From positions 1-7,897 of the forward strand of contig NW_021828691.1 in NCBI RefSeq assembly GCF_006345805.1: 7,897 bases of DNA. The letters run 5' to 3'. Made by a program: the position numbers and the translations under genes. Within the stretch, counting starts at the first letter, position 1, and each line of letters starts with the position of its first letter. Below the pieces are notes generated by a model. It was not told where the DNA came from. It saw nothing but the letters and a program-made list of their open reading frames with translations, and did no database searches. Below, piece by piece: positions 6,679 to 7,897 of this stretch. Source of the DNA: Octopus sinensis (Eukaryota).

Positions 6679-6700
6679 TAGATGATAGACAGACAGAGAG
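6487..6700. repeat. Compound tetranucleotide microsatellite (CAGA)-(TACA)n-(GACA)n-(GATA)n-(GACA)
   Basis: TACA run at ~6501-6586, GACA at ~6587-6602, GATA at ~6611-6680; directly visible. Confidence 0.97.
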
Positions 6701-7070
6701 AAATCATGCTGTAGTATCTTGTTCCAAGGTTTGTCGTAGTAATGACAAAACGAACAACAAGAAGGAGGCGGTTGCGCGAAATCTGTGTGGTTCCCATTCA
6801 CACTCTCATGTCGGCAGTGAAACTTGCAACAGTTACGTTGCCAACTAAGAAGAATATATCCCTTTGAGACGTTGAAAGGCTGCCGAGATGCACATCTTTC
6901 TAATGTTGTAGCTCAGCCATCTGGAAAACGTTTCTAACGAAGGTAAAACGGCTCACATCATTTCACCGATTTCACAATTAGCGATATGAAACTTGAAAAC
7001 ATCAGCAGTGTTGGGTCCCTGGGTATATATCAAAGAAAGAGCGCACGAAAAATAGAACAGCCATTACTGT

Positions 7071-7092
7071 AGGCGGTGCTACAGCTTGGCCC
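7071..7092 (+). mobile_element. Possible short SINE-tail fragment
   Basis: AGGCGGTGCTACAGCTTGGCC resembles a recalled octopus SINE tail motif (AGGCGGTGCTCCAGCATGGCC). Too short to be sure. Confidence 0.3.
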
Positions 7093-7160
7093 AACACACC
7101 GTGCGTACAACGAACTTATAACCTAAATCATACGCACTCAAAAACGCATCCATCTACCTG

Positions 7161-7340
7161 CAAACACACACAAACACACACGTATTAGTTATATATTACA
7201 AGATCTACTGTGTATGAAGACACATACACACATATACACACTTCTACGTGTATACGCTTGTGTGTGTGTGTGTGTGTATGTGTGTGTGTGTGTGTGTGTG
7301 TATGTGTGCGTGTGTGTGTGTGTGTTTGTGTGTGTGTGTT
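7161..7340. repeat. CA-rich tract followed by interrupted (TG)n microsatellite
   Basis: CA runs at 7161-7182 and 7220-7241; TG run at ~7259-7339. Confidence 0.95.
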
Positions 7341-7897
7341 CGGTTTTTAATCATTTAAATTCTTCCTCTCAAGAAGGAACTGGCTTCTTACAAAGACCCA
7401 AAGCTCCATCGTTCGAATGTAAACTACAAAAGCAATGCCACATTTTAAACTTGAGAACAGTCTTTCATATTTTTACTGTTTCACTTACAAATTGTGTTTG
7501 TGATGTACAAGTGAGTATGTAATATATGTATGGATGGTGGTAAGACTCCAGCTCGGGAGTTCTGGAGTCTGGAGAGTGGGGAGTCAGCCCTTTACTACCA
7601 TTACTCCCAAGTCTGATATGTGATGCACTAAGTAACCCCTCACATGTGTGTCTCGTTTCAGACCAAGGGTATGATTTTCTATGTCATTGCTAAGGGCTCA
7701 TGCAATGTCTTGGTGATCGAAACCTAAAGAGCGTCACGCTCTATGAAAGGAACATCCACGTCTCACTCAGCCAGCTACAAAATGCCATAAGTATCAGTTG
7801 GACTAAAATTTGTACATAGAGGGCTTTGCAATCAAATTAAATGACATTTTACCAATAGAAATAGCAAACTTTCTTCTGCCATCAAGACACACACATT

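Noticed and set aside
6316-6801. Three minus-strand ORFs with MYVC/YLSI repeats
   Set aside because: They are translations of the (TACA)n/(GATA)n compound microsatellite.
7662-7668. Possible 7-nt microexon (TTTCAG|ACCAAGG|GTATGA)
   Set aside because: It is not frame-preserving and cannot be distinguished from chance without RNA data.

Overview
AT-rich, repeat-dense, non-coding eukaryotic DNA, most likely intronic or intergenic. The repeat families match my recollection of octopus (coleoid cephalopod) repeats; this is unverified. I cannot support any intact protein-coding gene, since the supplied ORFs are microsatellite read-through, antisense SINE, decayed LINE or unassignable short ORFs. 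The window holds compound microsatellites, a decayed 3' fragment of a probable L1/Tx1-clade LINE (minus strand, ~658-1600), and many tRNA-derived SINE copies from at least two or three families. The most interesting signal is that one SINE family occurs as multimers: one promoter-bearing head followed by headless ~182-190 bp bodies. The same junction appears at two separate loci, and the junctions map to loops of the tRNA-like fold. The trimer at 3947-4550 sits inside one target-site duplication. At the other locus (1619-2255) the head unit appears flipped in place between 15-bp inverted repeats, creating a ~106-bp, 93% complementary fold-back. All alignments, counts and folds were done by eye.
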